Shown in pieces: positions 23,943 to 34,049 of a stretch of DNA of 44,356 bases; position 1 is the stretch's first letter, and every line of letters starts with the position of its first letter. The stretch lies in IMG/VR virus record IMGVR_UViG_3300044466_000065, positions 1-44,356 of that record, one strand, 5' to 3'. Position numbers and translations under genes: made by a program. The DNA is from a virus. A model generated the notes under the pieces. It did no database searches. It saw only the letters and a list, made by a program, of their open reading frames with translations, and was not told where the DNA came from.

Positions 23943-25645
23943 GGTGTAGCCGCCGCCGCTTCAAGTGCCTCGACTTTCGCCTTCAGTTGTTTGATGGCAA
24001 GAATGGCGTGCATTAGGCATTCATGAATGTTGACACCGAGTATTTCGACCTCCTCGGGATCGTCCGGAGAGAGCTTACCAAGGCTCTTGGATACTGTTCC
24101 CGGCAACACCTGTTCAATTTCCTGCGCGATGAAGCTTAGAACGCGCGTCCCTTCGGGCGTACCGGCGAGGCCATTGTAAGTGGCTTCGATTGGGCGCAAC
24201 TGAGCGATGATGTCCAGCCCGCCCTGAAGATCTTTCACGTCGCGCTTCACGCGCGCATCTGACGCTATTGTCCAAGCCGAAGTGGTGGGTTTTGCCGCGC
24301 TATCTGTCGATAATTGCAACTGGTAGGCAGGCCCGGCTGTACCGATACCCACATTGCCGGTGCTCTGAATGGTCACAGCACGGGTACGAGTCCCGCCAAC
24401 GTCGAAGCCGTGATTGTAGCCGTCGTAGCGCGTGCCGAAACCACCCTCGGCCCAGAGACGGGAAGCGGTGTCCCAAGCCGGCGCGGCACTGAAGGGCAAA
24501 TGGATATAGTTAGTCTGAACCTGCCCCACATTATTCAGGTTGAACGCGGCGCCTTCGATGTTGCTCAGCCAGGGCGTTTGGGAAGTGCCGGGCGGAGCGG
24601 CCCAGGAGGCGTCTTCGCGGAGGTACTTAGTGATCCCAGCGGTGGTGCCGGGAGTAGGCACGGTACCGCCACGACCGGACGCGCCGCTGGCGATCATGGG
24701 CAGTGCGTTCAAAGTAACATCCGCGGTAAGTGCGCCGCCGCCGGACAGGCCGGTCCCTGCGATCACTTGCCTCGAAGTGGGCACGCCCGCCGCCGGAGCA
24801 CCCGTGATTTTGGCATAGGCGAGCGAAGTGATCCAGGCCGGATCGGGATAACTGCCGAGGACCGACACCGCGTTGGTGACTTGAGCGGCAGTGTAGTCGC
24901 CGCTCGCTGCGATGACAGCCCCGGTCCTGGTGAACACGCTGGTGACGGCACTGGCCGGCAGGGCAGTCCAGGCTCCATCGCCTCTGAGCCAGTTACTCGC
25001 GCTGGGTGTACCTGACCCAAGACGTGCTACTGCGAAGATGCCAGAAGTGGTATCGGCAGCAGCATGAACGTGCGCCGCAGGCGTGAAAGTAGTAGGTACG
25101 CCGGTCAACTTCGAGTAAGCCAGACTCGTGATCCAGCCAGGATTGGCATACGATCCGAGAATGGAGACGGCGTTAGTCACTTGCGCGGCCGTGTAATCTC
25201 CACTCGCCGCAATGACATCTCCAATGCGCGTGAAGACGCTCGTGACTGCCCCAGCACCACCGCCGCCGGGAATCGTCACCACCGTGCGCGTGCCGTCGTC
25301 TGTGGCCGTGACGCCTGCGCCCACGAAGTTGAGGATCGTTCTCGTGGTGAGGGCAACGCCTTCGTCCTGGACGATGGTATAGCCGCCACCACCTCCTCCG
25401 CCACCGCTCATCGCGTGCCACGCGCCGGCGTAATAAACGTAGTACCCGGCCCCCGCTCCCGGGTTCCAGTCAGTGCCATCGGCGTAGGCTAGCATGCCCT
25501 CCCGCGGCTTAGCTGGTGCCACATGCCAGACCTTGTGAATAGAATCGCGGTGCCGGTTGATATCGATCTGCTGGTCCTCGGCCACGCTCCACAGCATCTT
25601 CAGCCCTTCGCGGGTATCGTCGGGGAGCGGCCGGTCTAGTGGCAT
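23939..25645 (-). CDS. Tail fibre with C-terminal intramolecular chaperone (peptidase S74) domain
   Basis: C-terminal SDARVKRDVKDL...LRPIEATY...SFIAQEIEQVLPGTV...AIKQLKAKVEALE; internal roughly 100-aa duplicated module; poly-Gly linkers. Confidence 0.88.
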   Translation of the reverse strand: MPLDRPLPDDTREGLKMLWSVAEDQQIDINRHRDSIHKVWHVAPAKPREGMLAYADGTDWNPGAGAGYYVYYAGAWHAMSGGGGGGGGYTIVQDEGVALTTRTILNFVGAGVTATDDGTRTVVTIPGGGGAGAVTSVFTRIGDVIAASGDYTAAQVTNAVSILGSYANPGWITSLAYSKLTGVPTTFTPAAHVHAAADTTSGIFAVARLGSGTPSASNWLRGDGAWTALPASAVTSVFTRTGAVIAASGDYTAAQVTNAVSVLGSYPDPAWITSLAYAKITGAPAAGVPTSRQVIAGTGLSGGGALTADVTLNALPMIASGASGRGGTVPTPGTTAGITKYLREDASWAAPPGTSQTPWLSNIEGAAFNLNNVGQVQTNYIHLPFSAAPAWDTASRLWAEGGFGTRYDGYNHGFDVGGTRTRAVTIQSTGNVGIGTAGPAYQLQLSTDSAAKPTTSAWTIASDARVKRDVKDLQGGLDIIAQLRPIEATYNGLAGTPEGTRVLSFIAQEIEQVLPGTVSKSLGKLSPDDPEEVEILGVNIHECLMHAILAIKQLKAKVEALEAAAATP

Positions 25646-25646
25646 G

Positions 25647-27227
25647 TCATAGGCTCGCTGTCGGCTCGAGGTCTAAGTCAAAGCCGATGAGTTTCCAGTT
25701 GACGCCCTCGTGGAAGCATTGCACGCGATAGGAAAGATACCGGAACGTGCCGAAGAAGCCGAGCTTTACGGTCTGGCCCTGCGTGAACAGTTGCGCCGGC
25801 TGCCACGAGACCGGAGCCTTGCGGCCCATCGAGAAACCTATGGTGATCGAGAAGGTGATGCCGTCGTCACACACGAACTTGGGCCAGATCTCGCGCATCA
25901 CCGCCAGGCGCCCGTGGTCGATGACGATCTCGCCGCGCGACGTCCCCTTCACCGCCACGCCGATGCGCTCGACGTAGTTCACGGAAGCATCCCCCACATC
26001 CACGGTTTCCCCATTGACCCGGAGGCGGAGCGCAGTCGACGCCAGCGCCAAGCCCTCGGAGGCCCGCTCGTAGATGTTGTATTCCCAGGTGATGGGATCT
26101 TGTGCGGCCCAGGTGCCTACCACCGAGGCCCAGGAGTTGGTGCTCGGCGTGGACTTGCTGGGACCGGCGGCAATGGCGTGGTTGTTGTCTTCGAGGTCGC
26201 GGATCGCCCAGGTGTCGAACTGCCAATTCCATACAAGGGCGCGGTTGGTGGCCTCCGTCCCGCCGGTGGGAAAGCAGATCCAGACTTCCTTGGCATTCAT
26301 CTTCCGGACGACGCGCACTTTGTCGTAAGAGGTGGCGGTCAGTTGCGAGAAGAACCAGCGCTTCGTGCGGTCGTAGCCTATGCTGGTGACGCTCTGGAGA
26401 TCGTGAATGACGAAGTCGTCGGCGGTCACCTGGAATACTTTGTTGAGGAAGGTGACGGCGCAGCCTTGCGCCAGTGCCCCGATCTCGCTGAAGACCCGCC
26501 GGAAAGCCATGATGTCCTGGCCGCCGATAAAAGTCATTGCCCACGTCTGCACGCCGGTCATGATCATGAGCTGGTTGCCGACCTGGAGGGCGTCGATGAT
26601 GCGGTCCTCGCCTTCGGAGAGCGAGATCTGCCCGGCGTCGAGCGTCTCGTCGGCCACATCCCAGGAGGGCGGGATTCCCAGCGGGTCAGCGGGGTGCGAC
26701 CACATGACCAGCCGGTCGTCCCGCTCGCCTGAGATCGTTACGTCGAGGGCGACGAGGAAATTCTTGAAAGGCGTGATTACCTTCGCTCTGTGCGTGGCAG
26801 GCCAGTTAGGCAGATCGGCTAGATCCGCTGCTGCGTTAGGCAGATCCCAGTACTGCGGCACGTCGACGCCATTGTTCAGGATCAGGTGATCGTTGAACAT
26901 CCCGCCATTCCAGAAGTCCTGGGTGGTTCCGGTATAGGGACCGGCGAGGCGGGTGATGTCGGTGACGGTGTCGCCAGTGAGAGCAATGACCTGCTGCAGA
27001 CCCGTGTAGACCCAGTACCGGCCGGCGAGGCCGTGGACGAAGAAGAGTCCGTAGGGAATGGGCGAGCCGGCGAAGTTGATCAAGGTACGCCAGGAGGGTG
27101 CCCGCTGCACACCTCCCAGTTCGAATTGCACGTTGCGGCAGTCCGACCAGAAGTTGGGCGGCAGATCGTAGGGCGGCTGGTCTGTGATCAACCCGGTCTT
27201 GCCGACGAAATTGACAGGCACGATCAT
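25647..27227 (-). CDS. Large tail structural protein (nozzle/tail-tubular-B-like by position)
   Basis: ATGA-coupled start MIVPVNFVGK at 27227; 527 aa; sits between the adaptor-like gene and the fibre gene. Confidence 0.75.
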   Translation of the reverse strand: MIVPVNFVGKTGLITDQPPYDLPPNFWSDCRNVQFELGGVQRAPSWRTLINFAGSPIPYGLFFVHGLAGRYWVYTGLQQVIALTGDTVTDITRLAGPYTGTTQDFWNGGMFNDHLILNNGVDVPQYWDLPNAAADLADLPNWPATHRAKVITPFKNFLVALDVTISGERDDRLVMWSHPADPLGIPPSWDVADETLDAGQISLSEGEDRIIDALQVGNQLMIMTGVQTWAMTFIGGQDIMAFRRVFSEIGALAQGCAVTFLNKVFQVTADDFVIHDLQSVTSIGYDRTKRWFFSQLTATSYDKVRVVRKMNAKEVWICFPTGGTEATNRALVWNWQFDTWAIRDLEDNNHAIAAGPSKSTPSTNSWASVVGTWAAQDPITWEYNIYERASEGLALASTALRLRVNGETVDVGDASVNYVERIGVAVKGTSRGEIVIDHGRLAVMREIWPKFVCDDGITFSITIGFSMGRKAPVSWQPAQLFTQGQTVKLGFFGTFRYLSYRVQCFHEGVNWKLIGFDLDLEPTASL

Positions 27228-27913
27228 GGAATGCCCACCTCTGTCTGGTAGCCCAAGAGGGCGTCCTCCCCGGAGCCGACAACGGCGCGGCGCATGGACT
27301 CTAACCTCGAGGTGGTTTCCTGGGCGATGCGGCGGCGGGCCTCGGCGCGGTCCTGCCCGAACAGCGTAGCGGCCTCGTTGTCGCGGATGTTGCGCGCCAC
27401 ATGCCAACCGGCTTCGGCAATCAGGATGTCCTCACCCTTGACGCTCCATATATTGGTACTGCTGGGACCGGATAGTTCGGTGTCCCGCCGATAGTAAAAG
27501 AACTGGACCGTGTAACTGATATCGGGAGTGGGGTAAAACTGGATGTTAGCCGGATTTTGACCCTGGAGATTGAAATTGCGGGGTCTGCCCCGCGCGTCCC
27601 GGCCCATCGTCTGGATATGCTCCTGGTAGCCGCCGTATACCTTAAACGGTTGAGCGTAGTATTTGGTGTCAGTGGTGGCCTTGCATATATAAACAATGTC
27701 ATCGGCCATCTCGATGAAATCGCTCGGCATCTGGAGCCACTGTTCCCCGGCTAAGGCTTCGGTGTTCTGTTGACTTTGCAGGAACCACGGATAGGGCGGG
27801 GTCTTCTCAAGCACCCGCTGCGCCTGGCGGATCTCCGAGTAGATCATGGTGTCAATGTCGGTGCGCTGGCCTAACCTTCCAGCAAGCAGCGATTTCATAT
27901 CATCGAGAGTCAT
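27224..27913 (-). CDS. Head-tail adaptor / tail-tubular-A-like protein (by position)
   Basis: 229 aa in tight operon context. Confidence 0.65.
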   Translation of the reverse strand: MTLDDMKSLLAGRLGQRTDIDTMIYSEIRQAQRVLEKTPPYPWFLQSQQNTEALAGEQWLQMPSDFIEMADDIVYICKATTDTKYYAQPFKVYGGYQEHIQTMGRDARGRPRNFNLQGQNPANIQFYPTPDISYTVQFFYYRRDTELSGPSSTNIWSVKGEDILIAEAGWHVARNIRDNEAATLFGQDRAEARRRIAQETTSRLESMRRAVVGSGEDALLGYQTEVGIP

Positions 27914-27916
27914 GGC

Positions 27917-28630
27917 TTACCACCCAAACTCCAGCACGATGCAGTAGCCCGAGCCTCCGGCCCCACCAGGATTCGCTACGGCGGCGTTGCAGGCTCCGCC
28001 TCCGCCCCCGCCCCCGCTGTTCGCAGCGGCCGCCACTCCCACAGCGGAACCGTTTCCTCCTCCCTGCCCGCCATTGGAAACAGCACCGGCCACGGGAGGA
28101 TTGCCATCTTCTCCAGCACCTCCGGGGAAGGTGGCATCTCCATTGTTAGTGGTAGTTTGGGGACCACCACTGTTATAAGCTGCGCCAATCTGGCCACCGC
28201 CACCCCGGCAGTAGACGACGGGACCGGGACCAGTGAAGGTCGTTTCGCCCCCGACCCCGCCTTTGACCGTACTCCCCACGCCTCCTGCCCCGCCCGCGCC
28301 AATCGTGACCGTGGCGGAAGCAATGGCTCCGACGGAAAGCCAGGTTAGCCCGGTGCCGCCGCCGCCGCCGCCGCCGCCGCCAAAGCTGCCTGTGCCACCT
28401 GCCCCGCCGCCCGCCCCGCCCCCAAGACAGTAGATGAGAACATACTTCACATTGGTGGGTCGGGTCCACGTAGCAGTGGCCGGGAAGGCCCGGACGGCCT
28501 TCAAGAAGGTGATCGACTGCATCACCGTCTTGATCAGGCGGATGTGGTCGTCGCCCGAGGAGACGGCGTCGGTCGAGAGCGGATTGGTGGGGACCAGATC
28601 CCCGATGCCCGTGCCTGTTTCAAGCCCCAT
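27917..28630 (-). CDS. Glycine-rich tail-fibre-like protein
   Basis: N-terminal GDLVPTNPLSTDAVSSGDDHIRLIK fibre-type motif followed by GGxGG-rich beta-helix-like repeats. Confidence 0.78.
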   Translation of the reverse strand: MGLETGTGIGDLVPTNPLSTDAVSSGDDHIRLIKTVMQSITFLKAVRAFPATATWTRPTNVKYVLIYCLGGGAGGGAGGTGSFGGGGGGGGGTGLTWLSVGAIASATVTIGAGGAGGVGSTVKGGVGGETTFTGPGPVVYCRGGGGQIGAAYNSGGPQTTTNNGDATFPGGAGEDGNPPVAGAVSNGGQGGGNGSAVGVAAAANSGGGGGGGACNAAVANPGGAGGSGYCIVLEFGW

Positions 28631-29312
28631 GCGTTACCTCCTCCGCAGCGCGCCCTTCGTAAATGACTGTGGTATTGTCCACTCTATGTTCCTCGTAGCG
28701 AGGCAGCGAATACATCTTGTTGCCCCAGTGGCCGACCAGGGCGCTCGTATCATGATCGACCCAGATGGGGATGCCTGCTTTTTCGAGCTTCTCGCAGAAC
28801 CCCCAATCTTCACCCACCCAACGCTGTTCATTCTCGAGCCAGCGCACCGGGAACCACGGCTTTTTAATATCGTGAAACACCGTGGCCTTGATCATCATGA
28901 CGCCGGTGCCGACGCGCCAGACCTTCTCGAGTCCGGTCGACCGCTCGCAGGGAATGAGCTTGCCGTTCTCGTCGAAGCCGAGGCAGGCGGTCTCCATCGG
29001 CGGATCCACCTTGGTGGCGATGTTACAAGCGACGACTGCCCGCTGGTGAGTGAGCAGCCGCGCGACAACAGAGGCCGGGAACGATTGATCGGTGTCAATG
29101 AACAGTAAGTGCGTGAAGGAGTACTTCAACGCCATCTCGCCGAAGTGCTGGCGCGCCGCCCACAGCATGGAGGTCTTGTGGTTCAAGACCGCCATCTCGA
29201 TTTGAGGCTCGTGGCGCATCGTCTGGGTGAGCATGTTGCACATGGCCATCCCGAACTGATCCGACCAGTGGCCTGTGGTGGGAAACCCGACCAACACTTT
29301 GGCTGAGATCAC
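28620..29312 (-). CDS. GT-A fold glycosyltransferase (family-2-like)
   Basis: GGGAGA RBS then GTG at 29312; LLFIDTDQSFP (DxD), GTGVMMIK, GEDWGFCEKLEKAGIPIWVDHD. Confidence 0.72.
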   Translation of the reverse strand: MISAKVLVGFPTTGHWSDQFGMAMCNMLTQTMRHEPQIEMAVLNHKTSMLWAARQHFGEMALKYSFTHLLFIDTDQSFPASVVARLLTHQRAVVACNIATKVDPPMETACLGFDENGKLIPCERSTGLEKVWRVGTGVMMIKATVFHDIKKPWFPVRWLENEQRWVGEDWGFCEKLEKAGIPIWVDHDTSALVGHWGNKMYSLPRYEEHRVDNTTVIYEGRAAEEVTHGA

Positions 29313-29335
29313 GCGAGTTGTCTCCCGGCTTCGAG

Positions 29336-30550
29336 TTAGATGACCACCATATTGCCAATGTAGGCGCAGGTTTCCTCGGCGAGCACCTCGAGTCCGCACT
29401 CGGTGAGCCAGCCGTCGATGATCGAGTCGGTGCCCTTGTCCTGTTGATCCTCCATCAGCTTGGTATCGCGGAGGAAGCGGTACTTCAGAACCGTGGGATC
29501 GAGGATGAAGGCTGCATTCGTATACTGCGCGTGCACGTTCATGAGCGGGTGCGTCTTGAACCCGATCTGCCCCTGCGGCAGGGTCCACACATTGAGGTTC
29601 ATGCCGAACATTTTGACGATGCCGTCCTGGTTGATGACCGAATCGGTCTTAGCCAGTTTGTTCAGCGAATTCAAAAACCCATTGCCACAGAATGCGATTC
29701 TCTGATCGCCGGCGCGGGTATCCCAGTTCCAAATCGGGTACGTCGCATCCATGAATGTGGAGGTCGTAATACCCGTGCTGGATTGGAAGATGGTCACGTT
29801 CGAAGTGATGAAGCTCCGGAGGCCGCCCGTGGTGCGGGTCAGGTTGCCGGTGGCTTGCGGCGAGGGGTCGACGACTTCCGAGGCCAGCCCGTACAGGAAC
29901 TGCATCTCGATGTCGCGGCCGTGAGCAAATGTCGCGCGCTCCCGGTCGTTCTTGTAGGCATCGCCGGTGCGGGCAAAGGTCTTATCGGCGGTGCCCGTAA
30001 CGGCCCAATTCGTGCGGAAGATCTGGCAGTAGTTGGTGTACTTGGTCGGGTTGTTCGAGACGCTAGCAGGGCGAGTCGAACCTTCGCCGAACGCCGTGCC
30101 GAGCGCGGTCAGGAAAGTGCCGCCGGTGGTGAGGGCCACAGGCGTGGTTCCAAACTGGCCGCGCTTGAGCACCACCGTCGTATCGTTTGTGACCGACGAT
30201 ACAAGAGCAATTTCGACGTTGGCCGCCACGTAGGACACCGGCTCGGTGGTGCCGATCGTGTCGACCTTGATGAGTTGGTTGGGGCGAAGCGCGAGGGCGC
30301 CGCCGGTCACCGTGAGTGTGCCGGCAGTGGTGGCTCCGGCTGCGGTCAGCGTCAAGCGGATGACGGTGTTGCGCTCATTCCACCACGAGAACTGCGGATC
30401 AGTCACCGAGGAAGAACCGAGCTTCTCGGTGAGGGCAAACAGCGGCGACTTGCCGTTGGGGTTGAGGAAGAGGATGGTCTCCCGGAAAGATTTGGGGCGC
30501 TCGTCGGTGCCCCAGTCATCGGTGGCGCGAACGCCTGCGAAAAATGCCAT
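29336..30550 (-). CDS. Major capsid protein (HK97-fold type)
   Basis: 404 aa; AGGAGAA RBS; follows the scaffold gene; composition and length typical of podovirus capsid proteins. Confidence 0.85.
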   Translation of the reverse strand: MAFFAGVRATDDWGTDERPKSFRETILFLNPNGKSPLFALTEKLGSSSVTDPQFSWWNERNTVIRLTLTAAGATTAGTLTVTGGALALRPNQLIKVDTIGTTEPVSYVAANVEIALVSSVTNDTTVVLKRGQFGTTPVALTTGGTFLTALGTAFGEGSTRPASVSNNPTKYTNYCQIFRTNWAVTGTADKTFARTGDAYKNDRERATFAHGRDIEMQFLYGLASEVVDPSPQATGNLTRTTGGLRSFITSNVTIFQSSTGITTSTFMDATYPIWNWDTRAGDQRIAFCGNGFLNSLNKLAKTDSVINQDGIVKMFGMNLNVWTLPQGQIGFKTHPLMNVHAQYTNAAFILDPTVLKYRFLRDTKLMEDQQDKGTDSIIDGWLTECGLEVLAEETCAYIGNMVVI

Positions 30551-30572
30551 TGAAGTTCTCCTGGTCTAAGCC

Positions 30573-31610
30573 CTAACGGCCGTTGCGCGCGTGGTTCACC
30601 ATATCCGCGAAGACGTTGAAGGATGGGGTTGGTGAAGGGGCAACGCTGCCGGGACCGAGCGGGGTGCGGGCAACGATGTTGCCGTTCCCGTTCTGGTATT
30701 GGGGCTGGGCCGCAGGAGGCTGTTGAGCATTAGGTGCTGGGGCATTGGTGGAGGGAGACAAGCCGAGCATATTGCGTACCAATATGCCGATCTCCCGGGT
30801 GGCGATGTCCCGGGTGAGTCCCGGATTACCGCGGTTGGCCTGTATGTAGAGGGCCGAAATTCTGTCGATCTCGTGCTTGGGCACTTGCCGCAAGTCCTGG
30901 TTGACGGTAAAGAAATCGTTCTCGGCCTGATGCACGGCAAACATCTGCTGGATGGTCGACTGAACCACATGCGCCATCTGCTGCCGGATCTGGGGATGCT
31001 CGGCAATGATCTGCGGCATCTGCTGCTGGAGCGTGGCGACGGTCGCCTCGTAGGCATTGAGCGTGATGTCCGCTGCCATGTCCGGTAAAACGCGCTCGGG
31101 CTCGGTCGCCATCATCAGCGCGCGATCGGGGGTGAGTTGATAAGAAGAAGCAATCTGCTGGCGCACCGTGTCGCGCACTTGCGCGTGTTGAGCCGCCTGC
31201 TGCTGCTGCGACATGGGCGGCGCTTGCTGCGCGTATTGCTGCGGAGCTTGCTGCTGAACCTGCGGCTGAGGCTGTTGATACTGCGGCTGCGGTGGGCGCT
31301 GCTGCTGCGCGTTGAGCGCACCAACGGCGGGCGGCGCTCCGTTAGCCCCTTTCCCGATTGAGGGCACTACGGGCTGCGGAGGCTTCGGTTCAGCCGGCCC
31401 GCGGGCGTGGCCCATGATGTCGGCGAGCACTGACTCCTGGCGGGCCGCAGTTTCTTTGCCAGGCGCGCTCGAAGACGGAGGAGGAGAGGCGGAACTGTCT
31501 GAAGGCGGGGCTGCGGAGGTGCCTCCACCGCCAAGATCCGCCCCCCCTCCCTCGCCCTCGATCGAGAGAAGGCCCAACTTCATTTCATCAAAACTACTCT
31601 TCTTCCACAT
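30573..31610 (-). CDS. Scaffolding protein
   Basis: Gln/Pro-rich low-complexity centre (QQQRPPQPQYQQPQPQVQQQAPQQ), helical C-terminus, between portal and capsid; ATG 31610 preferred over TTG 31616. Confidence 0.7.
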   Translation of the reverse strand: MWKKSSFDEMKLGLLSIEGEGGGADLGGGGTSAAPPSDSSASPPPSSSAPGKETAARQESVLADIMGHARGPAEPKPPQPVVPSIGKGANGAPPAVGALNAQQQRPPQPQYQQPQPQVQQQAPQQYAQQAPPMSQQQQAAQHAQVRDTVRQQIASSYQLTPDRALMMATEPERVLPDMAADITLNAYEATVATLQQQMPQIIAEHPQIRQQMAHVVQSTIQQMFAVHQAENDFFTVNQDLRQVPKHEIDRISALYIQANRGNPGLTRDIATREIGILVRNMLGLSPSTNAPAPNAQQPPAAQPQYQNGNGNIVARTPLGPGSVAPSPTPSFNVFADMVNHARNGR

Positions 31611-31929
31611 TTTCAATCTCTCGCTTCAGTACTTCGATGGCATTTCGCCAGTTTTCGGCGAGGCGCTCGGGAGCCTGCCGGGCCATGTCAAGCCCCTCGC
31701 AATATCCCTGGAGGATTGCGGATTGTTGGAGCTGCTCTCCCACCAGGGGCTTAGTCGCAAGCTCATCGCGCTTATAACGAAGAATGGCTCCGAGCTCACG
31801 GCGCAATATACGCCAGCCTGGGTGCTGCTCAAGAGCTTCAAGGTGGGTGACGTCATTGCGGTGCTCCGCCAGCTCCGTTGACCATGCTTGCAATCGCTGC
31901 TGTCGGACTTGTTCCGGGGTATCCGCCAC
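31594..31929 (-). CDS. Hypothetical protein (start uncertain; overlaps the portal 3' end)
   Basis: 111-aa helical ORF; GTG 31929 or TTG 31893. Confidence 0.5.
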   Translation of the reverse strand: MADTPEQVRQQRLQAWSTELAEHRNDVTHLEALEQHPGWRILRRELGAILRYKRDELATKPLVGEQLQQSAILQGYCEGLDMARQAPERLAENWRNAIEVLKREIENVEEE

Positions 31930-33793
31930 CGCCTTCGCCTCCCATTGCCTGCCCCGCGGGGACTAGATTTCCGGCCTGCGCCTGCTGCATCGCCGCCTCA
32001 TCCGGGGTGATCCGGAACTGCGTGATGTTCTTCAAACCCGCCAGACTCGCCATGTGCCCGAAGATGCGCGAGATGTCGTACTGCTGGGCGATCTGCGGGT
32101 TCTTCCCGATCACCGAGAAGATCTCTTTCCACAGCGTTGCTTGCGCGAACCGGTCCACCGGCAGCGTGCCGTCGACGGGCACGTAATCGAATTCGCCCGT
32201 GATCATGGTCTTATCGACGTTGACGAACTTGGTGCCCTGCATCAAGTCCCCCGCAATCCTAAACATTTTTTCTTGGTCGTAAAACTGTTGTAAGTTCGCC
32301 ACCATTTTGCGGGATAGGCGGCTCCATCCCAAGGCGGAGGCGAAGTCGCAGAAGGTCTTCATGCGGTTCGCCCCCTGCGCGGCGGCGGTGCGTACTTCGG
32401 TAGCCGTTTTTCGCCCACGCCCGAGCGAACCCATGAGGGAATCATTCGACCCGGTGATCTGCTGCATCAGCCCTTCGGTGAACTGCGTGTCCGAGAGATG
32501 CCCTCGCGTCGGGTCGACGTTCATCAGTTCAGCGACGGCAGACCGCACGTCGGTGCCATAGCCTGTGCCCGGGCGCATGCGGACGATCCGTCCGGGTCCG
32601 CCGTCGATCAAGTCTTTCACATTGATCCTGTCCGGATCGATGATCAGATTGCCGTTGAGCGAACGCCGCACCGAGAACATGTGCGTGTTGTAGAGCCAGT
32701 TGATCACGTCGTTCAGCGGCTTGGTGACTTCCATCATGCCGCGCGTCGAGGTGTCGTAGCCATCGGTCTCCCAGGCGATCACGTCATAGGGGAACTTGCA
32801 ATGGCGCAAACCGAGCGGCGAAGCTTTGATGATCACCGAGTTGTTGGCGACGTAGAATTCCCACTTCTGGTAGTACTTTCCAGGCAGCTTCCACTCCGCT
32901 GGAATCACGTTCACCACTACCCGGAAGATGCCGACTTTGCCAGATTTGAGATCTTTCGAATCCCAGATCTTGTCGGCAGCAAGCATGTTGTCTTTCGAAC
33001 CGGAAGTCGACGGAGCCATGACATTGCCGCCCACGCCAAAACTGCCGCCTTCGAGTTCATCGAGATTAAACAGATCCCACTCGTTCTTCATCGAGCGGAG
33101 ACGGTCAATGCCCATGAGTAGGGTATGTCCGCAGAACTCGCCGTCCTGAAAATTAACGAGGGGGACGCCGGGATCTGGATAGAAATCGTAGGGCCTACAG
33201 TTGGTCAGGATGTTGCCGCAATACCCCTCGACCCGCTCCTCAACCAACTCCCAACTGGGATCGGCACCCAGATCAATCCCACCGAGGGTGGGAGCCATTG
33301 GGACATACTCGGAGAAGATCTCAGAGCGCTTGACGTAGTCGGAGGAAACTACCCCGAGTCCATACTTTATCGAATCAATGAGCCAGATATACTCATTAAC
33401 TGCCATGTCTCCAATGTCCTGATTGTATGCGATTAACGCCTCTAAACATTGAGTACTTTGCTCAGTTTCTCCATGCCTTCCGCGATATTGCCACACTGGG
33501 TCGCGGCCAAGAAACACACTAGTCGCGTAAGTGTGTGATGTCAACGCAAGGGCGTAGCTGTAAGGCAGTATCACTTCGCTGAACTGCGATGCGGACCCCT
33601 GTTCCCGCGCTCTCTGCTTCTTCGAGGACATCTCTGTCTCTGGCAAATAAGCCCTAAATAGATCCTCAGATTTCCGCCATTTCTCGTGACGAGAAGACAT
33701 TCTATTCCTAGAACCCTGGAACAAATGGAGGATTTTGTCCAGAATCTCGCGGTGAGTCTCAGAATCAAACGGCACGGTAAACTTGCCTCTCAT
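31853..33793 (-). CDS. Portal (head-tail connector) protein
   Basis: ATG 33793 after a GGGGGG RBS; about 646 aa; EVILPYSYALALTSHTYATSVFLGRDPVWQYRGRHGE resembles podovirus connector proteins; lies between TerL and scaffold. Confidence 0.85.
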   Translation of the reverse strand: MRGKFTVPFDSETHREILDKILHLFQGSRNRMSSRHEKWRKSEDLFRAYLPETEMSSKKQRAREQGSASQFSEVILPYSYALALTSHTYATSVFLGRDPVWQYRGRHGETEQSTQCLEALIAYNQDIGDMAVNEYIWLIDSIKYGLGVVSSDYVKRSEIFSEYVPMAPTLGGIDLGADPSWELVEERVEGYCGNILTNCRPYDFYPDPGVPLVNFQDGEFCGHTLLMGIDRLRSMKNEWDLFNLDELEGGSFGVGGNVMAPSTSGSKDNMLAADKIWDSKDLKSGKVGIFRVVVNVIPAEWKLPGKYYQKWEFYVANNSVIIKASPLGLRHCKFPYDVIAWETDGYDTSTRGMMEVTKPLNDVINWLYNTHMFSVRRSLNGNLIIDPDRINVKDLIDGGPGRIVRMRPGTGYGTDVRSAVAELMNVDPTRGHLSDTQFTEGLMQQITGSNDSLMGSLGRGRKTATEVRTAAAQGANRMKTFCDFASALGWSRLSRKMVANLQQFYDQEKMFRIAGDLMQGTKFVNVDKTMITGEFDYVPVDGTLPVDRFAQATLWKEIFSVIGKNPQIAQQYDISRIFGHMASLAGLKNITQFRITPDEAAMQQAQAGNLVPAGQAMGGEGGGGYPGTSPTAAIASMVNGAGGAPQ

Positions 33794-33863
33794 GAGAGTT
33801 CCCCCCAAAGAAAAGTCATCGAGGAGAGGGCGATGACCGCCAGCAAAAAGGCATCGAGGTTGT

Positions 33864-33956
33864 TCACTTGCGGAGCTCCATTATCAGGTACACGATCCCC
33901 ACCAGGACGACGCACAGGATCAGGATTTCCGGCCACGTCATCTCGCGCTTCCACAT
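33864..33956 (-). CDS. Candidate 30-aa single-TM peptide
   Basis: Hand translation MWKREMTWPEILILCVVLVGIVYLIMELRK; competes with the overlapping ORF 33790..34053. Confidence 0.3.
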   Translation of the reverse strand: MWKREMTWPEILILCVVLVGIVYLIMELRK

Positions 33957-34049
33957 GGGCTCCAGGCCCTTCAAATCCTGGAAGCGTAAAGGTGTGCGGC
34001 CCATAGAGGAACTTCATATTCGCATGTAAACGCGGATAGGCGTGAATTT

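Noticed and set aside
24826-25260. Tail-fibre repeats as a DGR template/variable-region pair
   Set aside because: There is no reverse transcriptase anywhere in the genome. Both copies are in-frame parts of the same protein, and the differences are not adenine-specific.
29318-30553. 411-aa + strand ORF opposite the major capsid gene. Similar shadows: 4271..5107, 6003..6995, 20622..21899, 25710..26732, 32498..33121, 35065..35730
   Set aside because: Each is antisense to a confidently called gene and has the low-complexity Arg/Gly/Asp/His composition typical of GC-rich shadow frames.
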